DNA from: Chlorokybus atmophyticus
Taxonomy: Eukaryota > Plantae > Mesostigma and Chlorokybus algae
Direction: 5' to 3'
Assembly: GCA_009103225.1 (NCBI GenBank)
Contig: RHPI01003788.1
Location: 1 to 64,000, forward strand
Length of the DNA: 64,000 nucleotides
The notes under the pieces were generated by a model. It ran no database searches. It worked only from the letters and a program-made list of their open reading frames with translations, and was not told the origin of the DNA. Positions 1-12,693 of this stretch are shown piece by piece (within the stretch, counting starts at the first letter, position 1; each line of letters starts with the position of its first letter). The position numbers were made by a program, and so were the translations under genes.

Positions 1-23
1 AACCCGCATGACAGAGTGCTTGC

Positions 24-2989
24 TTGTGGCAGCTATCTAACTATCTTGTGCTGTTCAAATTATATTACCTGTGTCAATGTCGACATGCTCGCGCCATTTG
101 TCAGCGAATTTCGGTAAAGAAAATTGAACCTCATTGCATTCTTCAATGCGCCGCGGTAATTTGGTGCGCCGCATTCCCAACCGCTCGTCAACTTTTTGCT
201 GGCTCCAACCTTAATACGTACAACATTGCACAAGCATATGGTCTATGCGTGTTAGCGCATGTGCGTGTGTGCGGTCCTGCTTGCGTGCCAGCACTACTGA
301 GTTTGCAAACATGTCATCCCCTTCCCCCCACTCCTCACAATCCCTCCCCCACTCCCCCCACCCCCCGTCTCTCTTACTCTTTCTCTCTCTCCACCCGCCG
401 CAAATGTGTGGTAGCTTGACTAACAAAATATGAGGTAGCAATGCTAGAGGTGGTGGTNNNNNNNNNNCCCCCCCCCCCCCCCCCCCCCCCTCTCGCACAC
501 ACACGCTCGCGTACATGTGCGTGAGCGCGCATGTGTGCGTCAGCACACATGCATGCGTGCATGTGCGTGTGCTAGTGTGAGTGCGCGTTGGCACATGCAT
601 GCGTGCGTGCGTGCGTGTGCACAAGCAAAGATAAGTTTGCGGACATGTCATCCCCTCTCTCTTTCTCCCTTTCTCTCTTTCTCTCTCTCCAGCTCTACCC
701 CACCACTACCTCTTCCCCCTCTCAACACGCTGTCGCCCCCCGCATGCATGCGTGCGTGTGTGTATGTGGTGCGCGTGCGCGTGCGCGTGCGCGTATGTGA
801 CAGTGTGTATCACTTACCAATGACACAAGATGTTGCTTGGCTTGAAATAACGCCTTGTCATAGGATGTGTAGATTGCCGCGGACAACTCTTGCGAAAAGC
901 AATCTAATCACAGCCACAACACGAGTGATTATTGCTGCATATACATGCAATCCCGGATTATATCGAGTTGACACCAATCATACGCATGCTTAGCGGCCGC
1001 AACTCATTTACCTTGTACTGTGGAGGGGTCTGGAATGCAATGCAATTAGCGCTTCATTAAATGAAAGGCGTTTTGCAACACCATGTCCTTGTCCACTTGG
1101 AAAAGGCATCCGCCAATGCTGTGTCCGTGCCCCAAAGCATTATCGCAGTGAATGGCCTGTAAAGTCTGCAGCGACAACATATTATACTACTCACATGCAG
1201 ATTCCAAGCCTCACAGATTCATAGGTACAAACCTCCGCAAGCTTGCGCCCGCCACCGACATCGCGCTTAGCCACTTTGCGCAATTCGTGTGAAACGGCAT
1301 GAAGCAATGTATTTGGAAGTAACACGCCACAACATGCTTTTTTCATAATGTAGTGTCAATAGTGCTTCCGCCACCTGGAGAACAATCTCACAGTATGAGA
1401 GTGATGTAGACTACACACACACCGTTATGATTAATAAGAGTGAAGCATGAATCAGCCTTGGCATGCGTGTTGATGTACAAGTGCGTGCATGTGCGCGTGT
1501 GCATGTGCACGTGCACACGCATACATTACCATATGTGCGCGAGTTTATGCTCGAACGGTTGACACGTATTGCCACATGTGCGCAAGCACGTAAAGTATGC
1601 TTGCGCATGCGCGTGTACACGTGCGTGATTGTGTGTACACATTGCACATGGGTAAGTGCGCACCTTGCGATGGTCTTTGCGGATTTGCTTGGGAATTTCG
1701 AACAAATGGTTAATGGCGATGATGCAACCAACTGACAAGCTCAACCGCCGGTTCTGCTCTTGCATACGCTTTTCTCCTTCGCGCATGTACAGGTCGGAAA
1801 AGTAGGCATCTCCAAGCACATATCCTATAGAGCTATCAACGTTCAATTCCGCAACACAAAGATGATGAGCAACAACTTACATCAGATACATGCATGCAAT
1901 CACACTTGCTAAAGTAGCCATCTTTATCACCGAAGTCGCCAAAGTCTGGTATTGCGGCACTTGCTACTTATGCGACACCTAGCATCTCTGGTAATCTCGT
2001 CTTCGTAATGTTATCCCGCGCATGGTCTTCGACAAATGCCGCCGTGAAGAGCCTACGCATGTTAATGTAGCAATGATGATGTAACGCCTGTGATAAGCGC
2101 ATAAGGAGACTTAGTCAATAGGTGAATTGACATTAGTCAACATACGTGATTGCGCAAATGTGGCAATATGCTTGGTCTACCTTGAGCATGTTGGAAAAGT
2201 CCATGAAGCTCTGATTGTCTACCACGTTACGCCACAACATGACTTCGATGGCCTCCTCGACACCATGCCGTTCAGCGAGCACGTAGGGAAAGGCCTCTTG
2301 CACGCTTACTAAGAGCTGCGCCATGATCTTGGCATCACACCCAGCAAATATATGCCCGGTACCGTCCAGTATCAACTATAGTGTGGACACACGCAATGTT
2401 AGAGTGCGAAAGGTTATCCCGAGTAACAAGCTTGGCAACATACAATTCTGAGTGTACTGACATAATACCTTTGCAGCTTTTGCACTTGTAGTATAACTAT
2501 ACAGCCAACATGTCACGGACAATGTGGTAACCGGCCGCACACTCCCACGCCAACTATCACTGTACAGGGGCTTGTCACAGTACGTGCATTGAATCTTCTT
2601 CACTTTGTCGGAGAAGAAGATGTGGCGCCCAAAATGTCACCTAAGTCACCTTTGACATGAGCGCGGTACATCATAAATGTGTTACATGCATGTTGTCACA
2701 TGTTTATACCATTGTCCCGCGCGGAATCTGATAAGCCCACAACTTAAGTTCGTCCAACATCAAGCCTGAGGGTACCGATAATGTAAAATCAGGCCTTACA
2801 ATTTATGTCAACCGGTGGGCATGCCCACTCCCCTTTATCGGCCTGCCAAGTAGCTTGCGGCAATAAAGGCTTTATGCCACGCTTCTCTTCCACCATTACC
2901 GTCTTGCGCATGCGCCAAAGACACCAATTCAACATGTACATTTCCGCAGCTGAGGCTTCCTTGGATGAAGTGTCTGTAGCGAACAATGC

Positions 2990-3037
<48 letters not shown>

Positions 3038-3273
3038 NNNNNNNNNNNNNNNNNNNNNNNNNNNNNNNNNAGAGAGGGGGGGGGGAGAGATATAGAGTGT
3101 GGTGGGAGGGGAGATGACATGTCGCGAACTGAGCTTTGCTTGTTCACGCACGCATGCATGTGCCAACGCGCACACACTCGCACACGCACATGCACGTGCG
3201 CACCATTGTTCCGAGTGGAACATTCATATTCTCCTGGATGCACCGCCAATGTCTTGCGCGCAAGCTTGGGCAT
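24..3273 (-). pseudogene. Decayed multi-exon DUF6729-like gene (putative DDE transposase-related), runs off the left edge
   Basis: Minus-strand pieces in collinear order: MPKLARK...RNN then GTGCGC donor (3273-3205); GEWACPPVDINCKA (~2810); FWAPH..KKIQCTYCDKPLYSDSW..RPVTTLSVTCWLYSY-YKCKSCK (2630-2470); FAGCDAKIMAQL..FPYVLAERHG..FSNMLK (2350-2190); GCIIAINHLFEIPK (~1730); CFTLINHNGVCVV (~1430); KFADKWREHVDIDTG (~110-70). These match my recollection of DUF6729-family motif order. Stops, frameshifts and CA/GA-rich introns are present. Confidence 0.55.
2993..3037. repeat. (GA)n microsatellite next to an N gap
   Basis: Directly visible GA run followed by Ns. Confidence 0.95.
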
Positions 3274-3636
3274 CGTGACCTGCAGAAGTTCATGTCATTG
3301 TTGTGTGTAAACGATTACGAGGTGTACAATAGATTGCATTGACAAAATGAGTGCGTGCAAGCCAGTGTGGTTGATAGAGCGGGTAGTGTACGCGCGAAAT
3401 GTGTGCGTGCATACAAGCCAATGTGGTTGACATAGCGGGTAGTGTACGCGCGAGTACTGTGTATGCACGCCCTACCGCGTGATTACGACATGTTTGCGGC
3501 CAGGAGCACTGTGCACACTAAACCCGCCGCACAAATGCGGTAATCTTGCACCTGGCAACAAGGCACGTGTGTACGGGCGGTCGAGCGGCAGGGCGGCATG
3601 GATCTCTGTGTGGTTGCACACGTTACGGGGAGAAAA

Positions 3637-3780
<144 letters not shown>

Positions 3781-4368
3781 CGAGAGCACCCAGCCATACA
3801 TACCTGCTGCTCGGCCGCCGCCGCCCCAGCCGCTGCCGCCGCTCAGGCAGCGGCAGCGGAGTAGCCGTTGAACGGATTGCTGTCACACTGTCCACTCTGC
3901 ATAATTAAAATTTGTTTATTTACAAAATCTATCTAAAATATCTAGTGGCTGCGATCAAACCAAAGTAGTAAATTGGCGGTCATAGTAGCTCAAAATAGCT
4001 GAAGATTAGTCGATTGACGATGAGAACGAGCTTGGCGACAGCTGCTCCGAGCTATTGCTGAGCGTACTTTCGGTCCCGAGCAGTGTTGCTGTCCCCCAAT
4101 AATAACTTGCCATGAGTTTGACGTGGGTTCACAACCCGCGCGCCAAGTTGACCGCTGACCGCATGATCGGTCGCATACAATGGCAGGTCGCGTTGTAAGA
4201 CGGTGAGGGTGAGCGGTGCCAGGTCGGTGGAGTACTAATCGTGGGCCGACGCGTGCCATTAAGCCGCGGGCGGATCGGTTGTAGGCGGCCGTAATCATGA
4301 CGCAAGCTGAACCTGAGGGAAGTTAGAGAGGAATGTCACGGGTTTGTATGATCGTAACAGGCCTAAGC

Positions 4369-6060
4369 TTAAGGCAGCGACTTTTGTTGCCGCAGCAAAG
4401 CCTGATGATCGGAACCCCGTTTGTTACAGGGTGTGCCGCTTGGTGTGATGTTATCAAGCGTGGAAAAGAGGTGTTTGGCCGAAGCTGAGTGCACCGTCAC
4501 GGGAAACAAGCGCTCAGCAAGTGCTAGCTCCGACAGCACTTGCCAATGCATCAGCTTCCAGGATAACCAGGGCCCATTTGTCATCCTCGCTATAAAAACC
4601 TAACCAACATGCTTCTCTTTGCATAAATACTCAATTATGATTGGGAAGCAGCGCTTGCCTGCAGCAGCATCATCTGGTATTACCCTCTTGTAGGCTTTCT
4701 CGACCATCAATGCCAGGTTGACATAAAAGAGAAAGGGTGCATGTGTTCAGATGCTCTGTCTGACTCGCTTAGTTCACCACGTACGTTAACACGACGAGTT
4801 GATGCTTCATTTTACCTCAACGCTTTTCATGAATCCAAGAGATGGGCAATCTCATCTGAGTCACAAGCAGCTGCAGTACTTTCTACATCGGTGTCCACAT
4901 CCTCAATGCTACAAAAGTGTTCATACAACATGCCGTACGTCATAAAAACATTAACGAAGCGTGCCTGTTCACCTTCTGAGCTTGTGATGACGATTTTAAG
5001 TGGTATGAGTTGACGAGCTGAGCGGTCCAGCGCGATCTGCAATGGTTGCTTGCTATCAAAGTCCGTGATTGTTTCCGCCATCTTCTTCACATTAGCAACA
5101 GCACCCACGGATTGCATCAGCTCTCGGCATTGCAGCAAGCCTTTGCTGAGCACGACGTCCATGTCGCCTTCGATTTGCAACAAGCGAACGATGGCATTGA
5201 CATGCGACCCCGTGGTGTGGTCTTTGCAACCTTAATGCCTTGGGCTGATCATGCGACCTTGAAGTCAACCACAAGGGACGAAGTGGTTGTTGAACCATTC
5301 TCTGATTGCCGCGTAGCCTTTCAAATCATCTTTGTTTAGCTTCAAATAATCACCCACAAGCAAATTGCTGTCGTGCGCGAGCATGTTGTGTCATGTGCAT
5401 GGTGTCTTCTGGGCTAGCGACATAGACCTTGGGATTTTGACTTCTAAAGCCATTTTATGGTGTTTATGTGTTGGATTACAATATGACATCCTCATAGACG
5501 CGAGAGCGGTGTGTTCGAGGCGTATCTATAGTCAGACACCGAGCTAACATGCCATCTTCAAGTTACCATGGTATCCCGCGCAGCTGTTTGGAAGCTGTGC
5601 CTTTGAGAAGCCATGAGTAACAATTAGAGTGGCGGTTTGGCCGTGCGTTGGCGTCTAAAAATGCGAACACAATTTAAGACAACTTGAAGTGTACTTAGAT
5701 GGGATGAGCTTCGGTACGAATTTCTAACCGTTTACTATTGCTTATAAACGCCATCACGGCTGTTACTATGCTGGTGCAGTCTGAAAGTTAGGGTAGTTGA
5801 GGAGTTGGTCGGGCTTGGGCTCAATGGTGGTATATAAGGCGTTGCTAGCTTGTTTCCTAAGTTGGGTGGAGGTTGGCCTACTGAAGTTTAAACAACACTT
5901 TTACGAAAAGGTTCTTGGCTGAGCGGATGTTTATGCACATGCTTGCATATATGGTGTGTGTGCACGTGTTTGTCGCTATGCGATGCTGTGCATGAAGTGG
6001 TGTGCGCCACGGTTGCGACTTTTACACCGTTTGGGTTGCCTTGGCATGCACATTGAGTGA
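4369..6060 (-). pseudogene. hAT-family transposase relic
   Basis: C-terminal dimerisation-like WQVLSELALAERLFPVTVHSASAKHLFSTLDNI (~4560-4440); PLKIVITSSEGEQARFVNV (~5000); degenerate PCxAHxxxL block (~5400-5350); GNLKMA resembling DNAxNM (~5570). Many stops. Confidence 0.6.
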
Positions 6061-6149
6061 GTTTAACTTTAAGCTGCTCTACAGGAGATAGCGGCTGATT
6101 GCATGTGTTGTGCTCGTCTTGCCTACCTTTTGCAAGATAGGCAAGACGC

Positions 6150-7075
6150 ATCTTTCACTTGCATCCAACCCATTATCAGTTAAGAGTTGTTGGAAGCCTT
6201 GGGAACGTGGACAAAGTGTAATAACCAGCTGAAGATGAGGGAGAAGGCGTTGCGGCTCGGCGCATCGGCTGCAATCAAAGCGAAGTGGAAGAAGGAGCAG
6301 CCCATGACTTAGTTCAAAGCGCTCTTGAGAAAGACCTCCCCACAATCAACACCCGCCGAGGTTCATGTTCGTTCTCTCAACCGAGCTTTGTCTAGCGCGT
6401 TGGGGAGATGGCGAGGATGTATATGCGCATGCTTAAGCTCTTAACGGACACGGACTTCGGTGATGACGGATTAGACCGCGGCGGTTGCGTACTCTCAGCA
6501 AGTAGAGGCGGACTTGAGGCTGAAAGTGGAGACCATGTTGACCACTTAGTCCGAGTTTTGGACGTACACGCTTGCGGATGTCTTCAATGTGGTCGCAACG
6601 GAAGAAATCTAGCATGAGTACCTTAAGAACAATGACCGGCAGTATTGGGGGCTAAAGTTGCTTGAGATTACGGTTTTGGAGAAGACCTCTTCCAAGCCCG
6701 CGGCAACATCGGCGTTAAGCACGGCAGCTGGTGGGAAGCCGAAGGAGCTCAAGCACGCCGACAACGCGGTTGTGGAAGGTGTGTCAGGTGCAAAGTGCTG
6801 GTCATGTGAAGAGCAAGGCCACAATGCGAAAGATTGTGGCAAAGGCAAGAAGGTTGTGTGCTCGCATTCCAAAAAGGGAGGGCATGTCAAGTGTTGGAGT
6901 AAGCATCCGGAGTTGCGTCCAAAATAGGAGGGGCAGTCGGAGCTTACTCAAGCGTGAGAGAAGAGTCATCAATGGCGGAGGTGACAAAGGCATTGGCGGC
7001 AATGCAATTGGAGTATGCATTGTTGATGAGCATGCTTGAGCCAGGGAACAGGCTCGAAAGGAGCACAGGGTAAGC
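6150..7075 (+). pseudogene. gag: LTR-retrotransposon (copia-type) gag fragment with zinc knuckles
   Basis: CWSCEEQGHNAKDC (CCHC knuckle) followed by degenerate CSHSKKGGH-VKCWSKHPELRP (6795-6925), a typical copia gag tail. No LTR or pol recognised. Confidence 0.55.
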
Positions 7076-7595
7076 CTAGCAGCTCTGGAGGTTACATCAT
7101 GTATAGTGCACTTCTAGGAGGCAGTAAGTTGTGACGACAAGAGCGTTGGCACGCCGAAACACTGCACCAGCTCCCCGGACCAGGATGGTTGAGGAGGAGG
7201 CCGCGCCCGTCCGCGAGGAGGGTGTAGATCATAACCAGCTGCACGCATGCCATATGTCATATTTAAGTTGCTGCCAACAACCCCGTTGGCAAGAGAGTTC
7301 GCACTTGGAGGGTGCGAAGAGGGTGCGAAAGTGCAGCTGACTACTATGGCAACGACGCAACATGATGTCGGCGTCGGTGGAGGTGGTAAGCACAAGAGAG
7401 TGGAGGAGCTGCTACAAATGTGTGTGAAGCTTCTCGAGGGTGCCAAGATGCTTTCCCAACAGCCCGCAACTCAAGCCCATGAAAAAGTCTTGAAAATTGA
7501 TGGCGCCAGTGGAGAGTGTCACGCCGGAGCAGGTTGGGTAGCCGCTTGTTCGCTTGAAGGACCTTAGAGTCCGCAAGGAACACGTGGTGGGGCTG

Positions 7596-7770
7596 CACAC
7601 GGAATGTTGTCCGCGGACCAGCCCTGGTCCAAACGTACGGATCAAGGTGAAAACGCCCGGGCGGCTTGGGGCCCGGACCAGGGTCGGCCGGCTAGGTCCA
7701 AACGCGACCAGGGCCCGTCAAAAAATGCGGCTTTGGCACGCTTGGTCCTCAATCCCGGACCAGCCTTGAT
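7596..7770 (+). mobile_element. Left end of a CACAC-terminated (CMC/EnSpm-like) DNA transposon with GGACC/GGTCC subterminal repeats
   Basis: CACAC-N14-GGACCA-N4-TGGTCC has the same layout as the reverse complement of the end at 11707. Many GGACC/GGTCC motifs follow. Confidence 0.45.
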
Positions 7771-7957
7771 ATCCAATTGAACCCGGTATGCACCAAACCC
7801 GTCATAACCACCATTACTAACAGCGTCGACTCTGTTTGAATATTCGTATGTGCGCCACGTGACGGCCGAAAATTTTGCAAGCCATCCATGTTTCTTTATC
7901 ACGCCGCCGAAACCGGCCGGATTAGGGCGCCCTCCTTCATATTACCTCACACCAGGA

Positions 7958-7987
7958 TTAGGGTTAGGGTTAGGGTTAGGGTTAGGG
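7958..7987 (+). repeat. Interstitial telomeric repeat (TTAGGG)5
   Basis: Five perfect units preceded by ACCAGGA. Confidence 0.95.
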
Positions 7988-9349
7988 CACCCAAACGCTT
8001 GCCTCTCCCAGCAGCAAAGAAACACTGGCGGCAGCATTCGGCCATCCCCTGCTCCCGCCCCGACCTTCTCCTGCGGCCGACAAGCAAATAAACAGCGGCA
8101 GCTCCTCTGCGCATGCTCCCACCAGGCTGTTACAATGTCTATCTCAATAAATTTTGGATATACTTGATGTATGCATGCTGACATCAAGTGTCAATCCAAA
8201 ACGTCGACATGACATGTTACATATCTATCATAGCAAAATATATATACTATTAACCTTTAGCCTAAAAGTAATGCTCCTTTTATCGCATTGTATGCTTGAA
8301 TATAATAGTTACATCACATGTAATAACTCCAAAATGCGCACCAATTGCATATGCATACAATTGACCACAAATGCGTACATTATACAAGGCATGATATATG
8401 TCCTTTCACCGTGGTTGTGCCACGGGTCAACGCACTGCACGGCAGTTGGGGTTTAAAACAGGGCGGTACGTCGCGATCGTTACATTTACGAAAGACCGAT
8501 AAGAAGCGCGACGGGATTCGCCCTTAGCGTGATGACGGTCGCACTGATATTCTCATCTAATCAGATAGGTGGCGGTAATGACAGTTATGCATGACAATGT
8601 ACTATATGTCAAATGAAACACATAGTTAACGCTTACAAAAACAATCAACATGTTTACATCACATCATACCTTATCAATTGCCGTGACACTTATATGTACT
8701 GTGTGAAGTTAATAATATTTACGCAGTGAACGATTGATCAAGAAATAATAAATTTTTGCTACCGCTGTTGTTATCGTTGCTCATAGTTGATTAACAGCCC
8801 ATTGGGATCTACCTGATATTGCCATGTGCTCAGGTATTTGACCTAGCGGTCAGAGCCAGGCAAATACCTGTTAGAACACAAGGTCATATCAGCTATAACA
8901 CGTTAGCTAGCATGCATCAAACACACGCCAATGGGCAAAAATCACAACAAACAGAGGTCAATGCACACAATGTCATTGCTTTGGTCCAACAACAAGCTAA
9001 TGTTACACAATATTAGCAACCACTGCATGTGGAAATACAATAGCGTATAGGTGCAAAACGCTAGAAGTGAATAATGGGCAGATAAGCTGCACAGAATTGC
9101 TGGCTTAAGTTAACATTGGCTGGGACTGTGCCGGTAACAATCATGCATGCGTCGGCACACACACAAACGCACAAGGAAATAAAGACATAGCCATGGAGAT
9201 AGAGGGAGACAAAGGCAAACATAAGCAAAGATCTGCGTGTGTGACTGTCGAGTTGACCGTAGGAGCTGCGAAAGGGAGCTAGCCTTCAGGCAAGCTTCAT
9301 ACATGGTGTCTGCTATTCTGACCACTATTCTGCATGTCACGACAGGGAG

Positions 9350-10790
9350 GGGGGGGGGGGGCGGACGGATATGCTAAAGATCAGGTGTTCGACATCTGCA
9401 ACAATGCAGTTGTTGTGGCGTCGCCACCATCGATCCATCCATTTCATATGCGAGCCAAACCAATTGATGCGCACGAATCTAGTTTTCCTGTTTACCACTA
9501 GATGGCAGTGAGAAGCGAGGATGGCAACCTTGCCGTTCAACTACCTGTAAAAGAGAGGCATTTTCTCTATAGCATGCTGGCAAGCAGCTGCCATGGTGGG
9601 CGTACTCCAGAGGTACATTGCTTGCTGTAGATATGCACGTGCTCCTGCTATAGCTGTATGGTGGAGTCCATGAGCAACTCTTGTGTTAAACACAACCACA
9701 TGCAGGGCAGGGAAATGGAGTGGCCCATGATGTTCTTGGCCAGCGAAGGCATCTGCCCCTTTGATGCATGCGCTAACAATGAGCGCATTGCGGTGCCTGG
9801 TTGCATCATGAACCTGCTGCCTACGCCCGCACCCAGGCATAGCACAGACACAGAGGTAAATAAGGGCTGTTGTTAAGCCGCTGTCACATAATGAACAGTT
9901 GCCAATGCAGTCTATTGATTACATCTTGACAGTCGCAAATGCAATGCATGCTGTCGTTCTTAACAATCGCTAGTCAACGCATTACATTGCTGACCATCAA
10001 CAATTGTGACAGTTGCCAATGCAATTGATCGACTTTGTTATAGCAGTTGCCAAGGGACTGCACTGACCATTCTGGTTATTATACAGGTTGCTGAGGAGGC
10101 GATCTCTGACTGTGAAGATGAAGCCGCCGCCATGGACTTGCGAATTGCAGCGGGGATTGCGTGCAACACCAAGCCCAACGCCCCCACCAGAGAGGAGGCA
10201 ATGGACATGTATGAGTACTACCACCACATCGAGCACACGCTTTTCCACAAAGGTCATTAGTTGGCATTTAAGGATTCCAACCAAATGGAGCGTGTGCCAG
10301 ACGAGCTAATCTTGCGAGCCATAGTCAGCTTTGCTGCCAAGAAAAGTGGTTGGTGTCTAACAAAGATGTTGAAGGAGGGTGCGGTTAGGGATCCAATCGC
10401 AAACTACCAGGTATGCATACTTCACTGCAGCAAGTTAACGACAGTCTTTTGCTAGTTTTTAAGAGTGATGACTTGGTACAATGCAGGGCTTTTAAGCGAG
10501 GCAAAGGAGAGAAAGCCATTCCGACCCAAGAGGCCGTGGATGCGACAGCCCTCGTCATCCTCCTAGATGGGTGGTTTCTTCTTCTTATGCTATGGTCAAA
10601 TTATTGTCTTTATAAGCACGTAACAGTACAGTTTATGCGAGTTCAACAAGCACGCGTTGAGTGTTTGTAAGAGATGCTGTCGACCAAGGCTATCGCGGGT
10701 GTCTTCACATTGGGGCTGAATCAACCAGGGAGAGCACAAGTCGGGCTTCCAGGCGAAGGTGGCAACACAACAGATTGATGTGATTAGCTG
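9350..10790 (+). pseudogene. Degenerate multi-exon coding relic of unknown function, between the CACAC ends
   Basis: Protein-like fragments EWPMMFLASEGICPFDAC, AAMDLRIAAGIACNTKPNAPTREEAMDMYEYYHHIEHTLFHK and RAFKRGKGEKAIPTQEAVDATALVILLDG, separated by intron-like CAG/GT junctions. Family not recognised. Confidence 0.25.
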
Positions 10791-10959
10791 CTTCTGTTAC
10801 CTCCTATAACACCAGCGTGAAGTGCATGTGTGAGACTGTAGCTATAGTTTCACGGGCTTGACACTGGTGGGCTGTCGTATAACAGTCCAGTGCAGCATTT
10901 CTGTTAATTGCATGTGTATCGGATTCTATGCACCAAACACGGTGCAAGCAGTGCTCAGA

Positions 10960-11707
10960 CCATGCATGGCTTCAATGACTGTGACATCATGACAGACCAT
11001 GCATGGTGCGACTGTTAATGGTGCGACTGTTAATTAGATCATGCATGGTGCGGTGTTTGTTAAGATCAGACATTGTGCCACTTGTAAAGCATGCATGGCT
11101 TCAATGGCTACATTATGATAGACCATGCATGGTGCCACTTGTGGACCATATATGCACAACAATGTCCGTATCTATGGACCGTGCATGGTGCCACTGTCAA
11201 TCAGACCATGTATGCTGCATTGTCTGTAAAGACCATACATGGTGCCGCTTGTGGACCATATATGCACAACAACGTCCGTATCCATGAACCGTGTATGGTG
11301 CGGCTGTCGATCAAACTGGCACCATAAATGGTCCACTGAGCCAGGAGGGCAGTGCACTTTGCATGGTCTGTACAATGTCAGTTTAAGCAACGACTTTCTG
11401 TCCGTTTTCATGGACCGTGCATGGTGCGACTGTCAACCACCAGACATGTGAAAATAATAAACCATGCCTGGTGGTCTGCGCCAGGGGGCATTGCACCATA
11501 CATGGTCCTTGCAACCTCATACAAATTGGTCACCATATATGGTGCGACCTCACAAAAACATGGGACCGTTCACGTGAGGTTTGGACCATGCATGGTCCAA
11601 CTGTCAATGACAGTTTGACCATATATGGTCCACCGATTTCACTTAGCAGGGAAAATTCCGGTCAAGAGGTACGGACCATTTATGGTCCTTTGACGTCAAT
11701 CGGTGTG
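10960..11707 (-). mobile_element. Right end of the CACAC-type DNA transposon, with an array of GACCATGCATGGT-like subterminal repeats
   Basis: About 20 degenerate copies of GACCAT(G/A)(C/T)ATGGT, ending ...TTTGACGTCAATCGGTGTG at 11707. Reverse-complement similarity to 25304-25470. Confidence 0.65.
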
Positions 11708-12693
11708 TCCAGCTTCCTCCACCATCTCATATGCGTGCTCGAACTCCTAAGTACTTTCGTGCTTCTTCACTAGCATAACTCACCACCAAGGGAGTATACA
11801 CCGTTACCATGCCTCCATGGTCATGAGTCTCCTGGTTTGAGCAACGTGTTGGACAGTCCCGGCATGCTCAAGGTTTCTTCCCAATTTTCAATAGTAGCCT
11901 CTGCACCTATTTAGGGCATTCGTTTCCCTGCCGCGCGCCGTTTTGCTCTATAGCGTTCACGCTATTGCGACGCATGTTTCGACCAGGCGCATCTCCTCGC
12001 GCTCTCCTTAAATTGTTAAGGCCAGGTGTTCGGTGGAGTCACACATGCAACACTTACGCACATCACCAACTGGACGCCACTCAGTGGACCTTCTCATACC
12101 CTTGCGCGCATCGATCGCACCCACCTCCTTCAATAGGTCCCGAGCTAGCCCCATGCTCATCTGTGGGTGTAAAAGCCAACTTTTTGCCCCTCCAAGCACG
12201 CGCAAAGCCTTCTCGTGCCTACTTGCTTGGCCCGCGTTGACGGTCACGCCTTCAATTAAAGGTTAATGTTGTTGTCAAAGTTTAATGTTGTTGTCTTGAA
12301 ATTCAATGCATCCAGGCGCTCCGCAATGTGTATCTCCTCGGCTAGCGCTTTTTGGGTCGCGGAATCTCCACTTCCTTACGTAAGAGGCTTTAAACCACGG
12401 GTGTACCTGTTCAGCTGCTCCTCCTCGGTCAGGTTGGGAATGGACATTACCAAATGCTGAAACGCAGCTGTGTACGCCATCACTGACTTGGTTTTGCACA
12501 AGCGTTGCAAGTTGATCACGCTTACCACGGGAACAGATTGATGCCTGTCGTCTGCTGCCAACTCTTCCATTGTAGACAATGGCGCCAACTGCCAACCCAC
12601 TTGCAACACGTACACCGATGCCTTCACCATACAAGCGAAGCTCCTTCGAGCAACGTTGCCGCCACCTCTACATGTAATTGCGTGGGCACCTCC

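Noticed and set aside
560-3190. Inverted repeat pair (560-660 vs 3110-3190) as TIRs of a transposon
   Set aside because: Exons of the same minus-strand gene continue beyond both copies, so they are intronic repeats rather than termini.
3860-3950. Helitron 3' end (CTAG|T at ~3945)
   Set aside because: The only hairpin candidate is too far upstream, and there is no 5' TC end or Rep/helicase.
10960-11640. CRISPR-like repeat array (also 37640-37900)
   Set aside because: Units are degenerate and irregularly spaced, lack unique spacers, have no cas genes nearby, and abut transposon termini. They are subterminal repeats.
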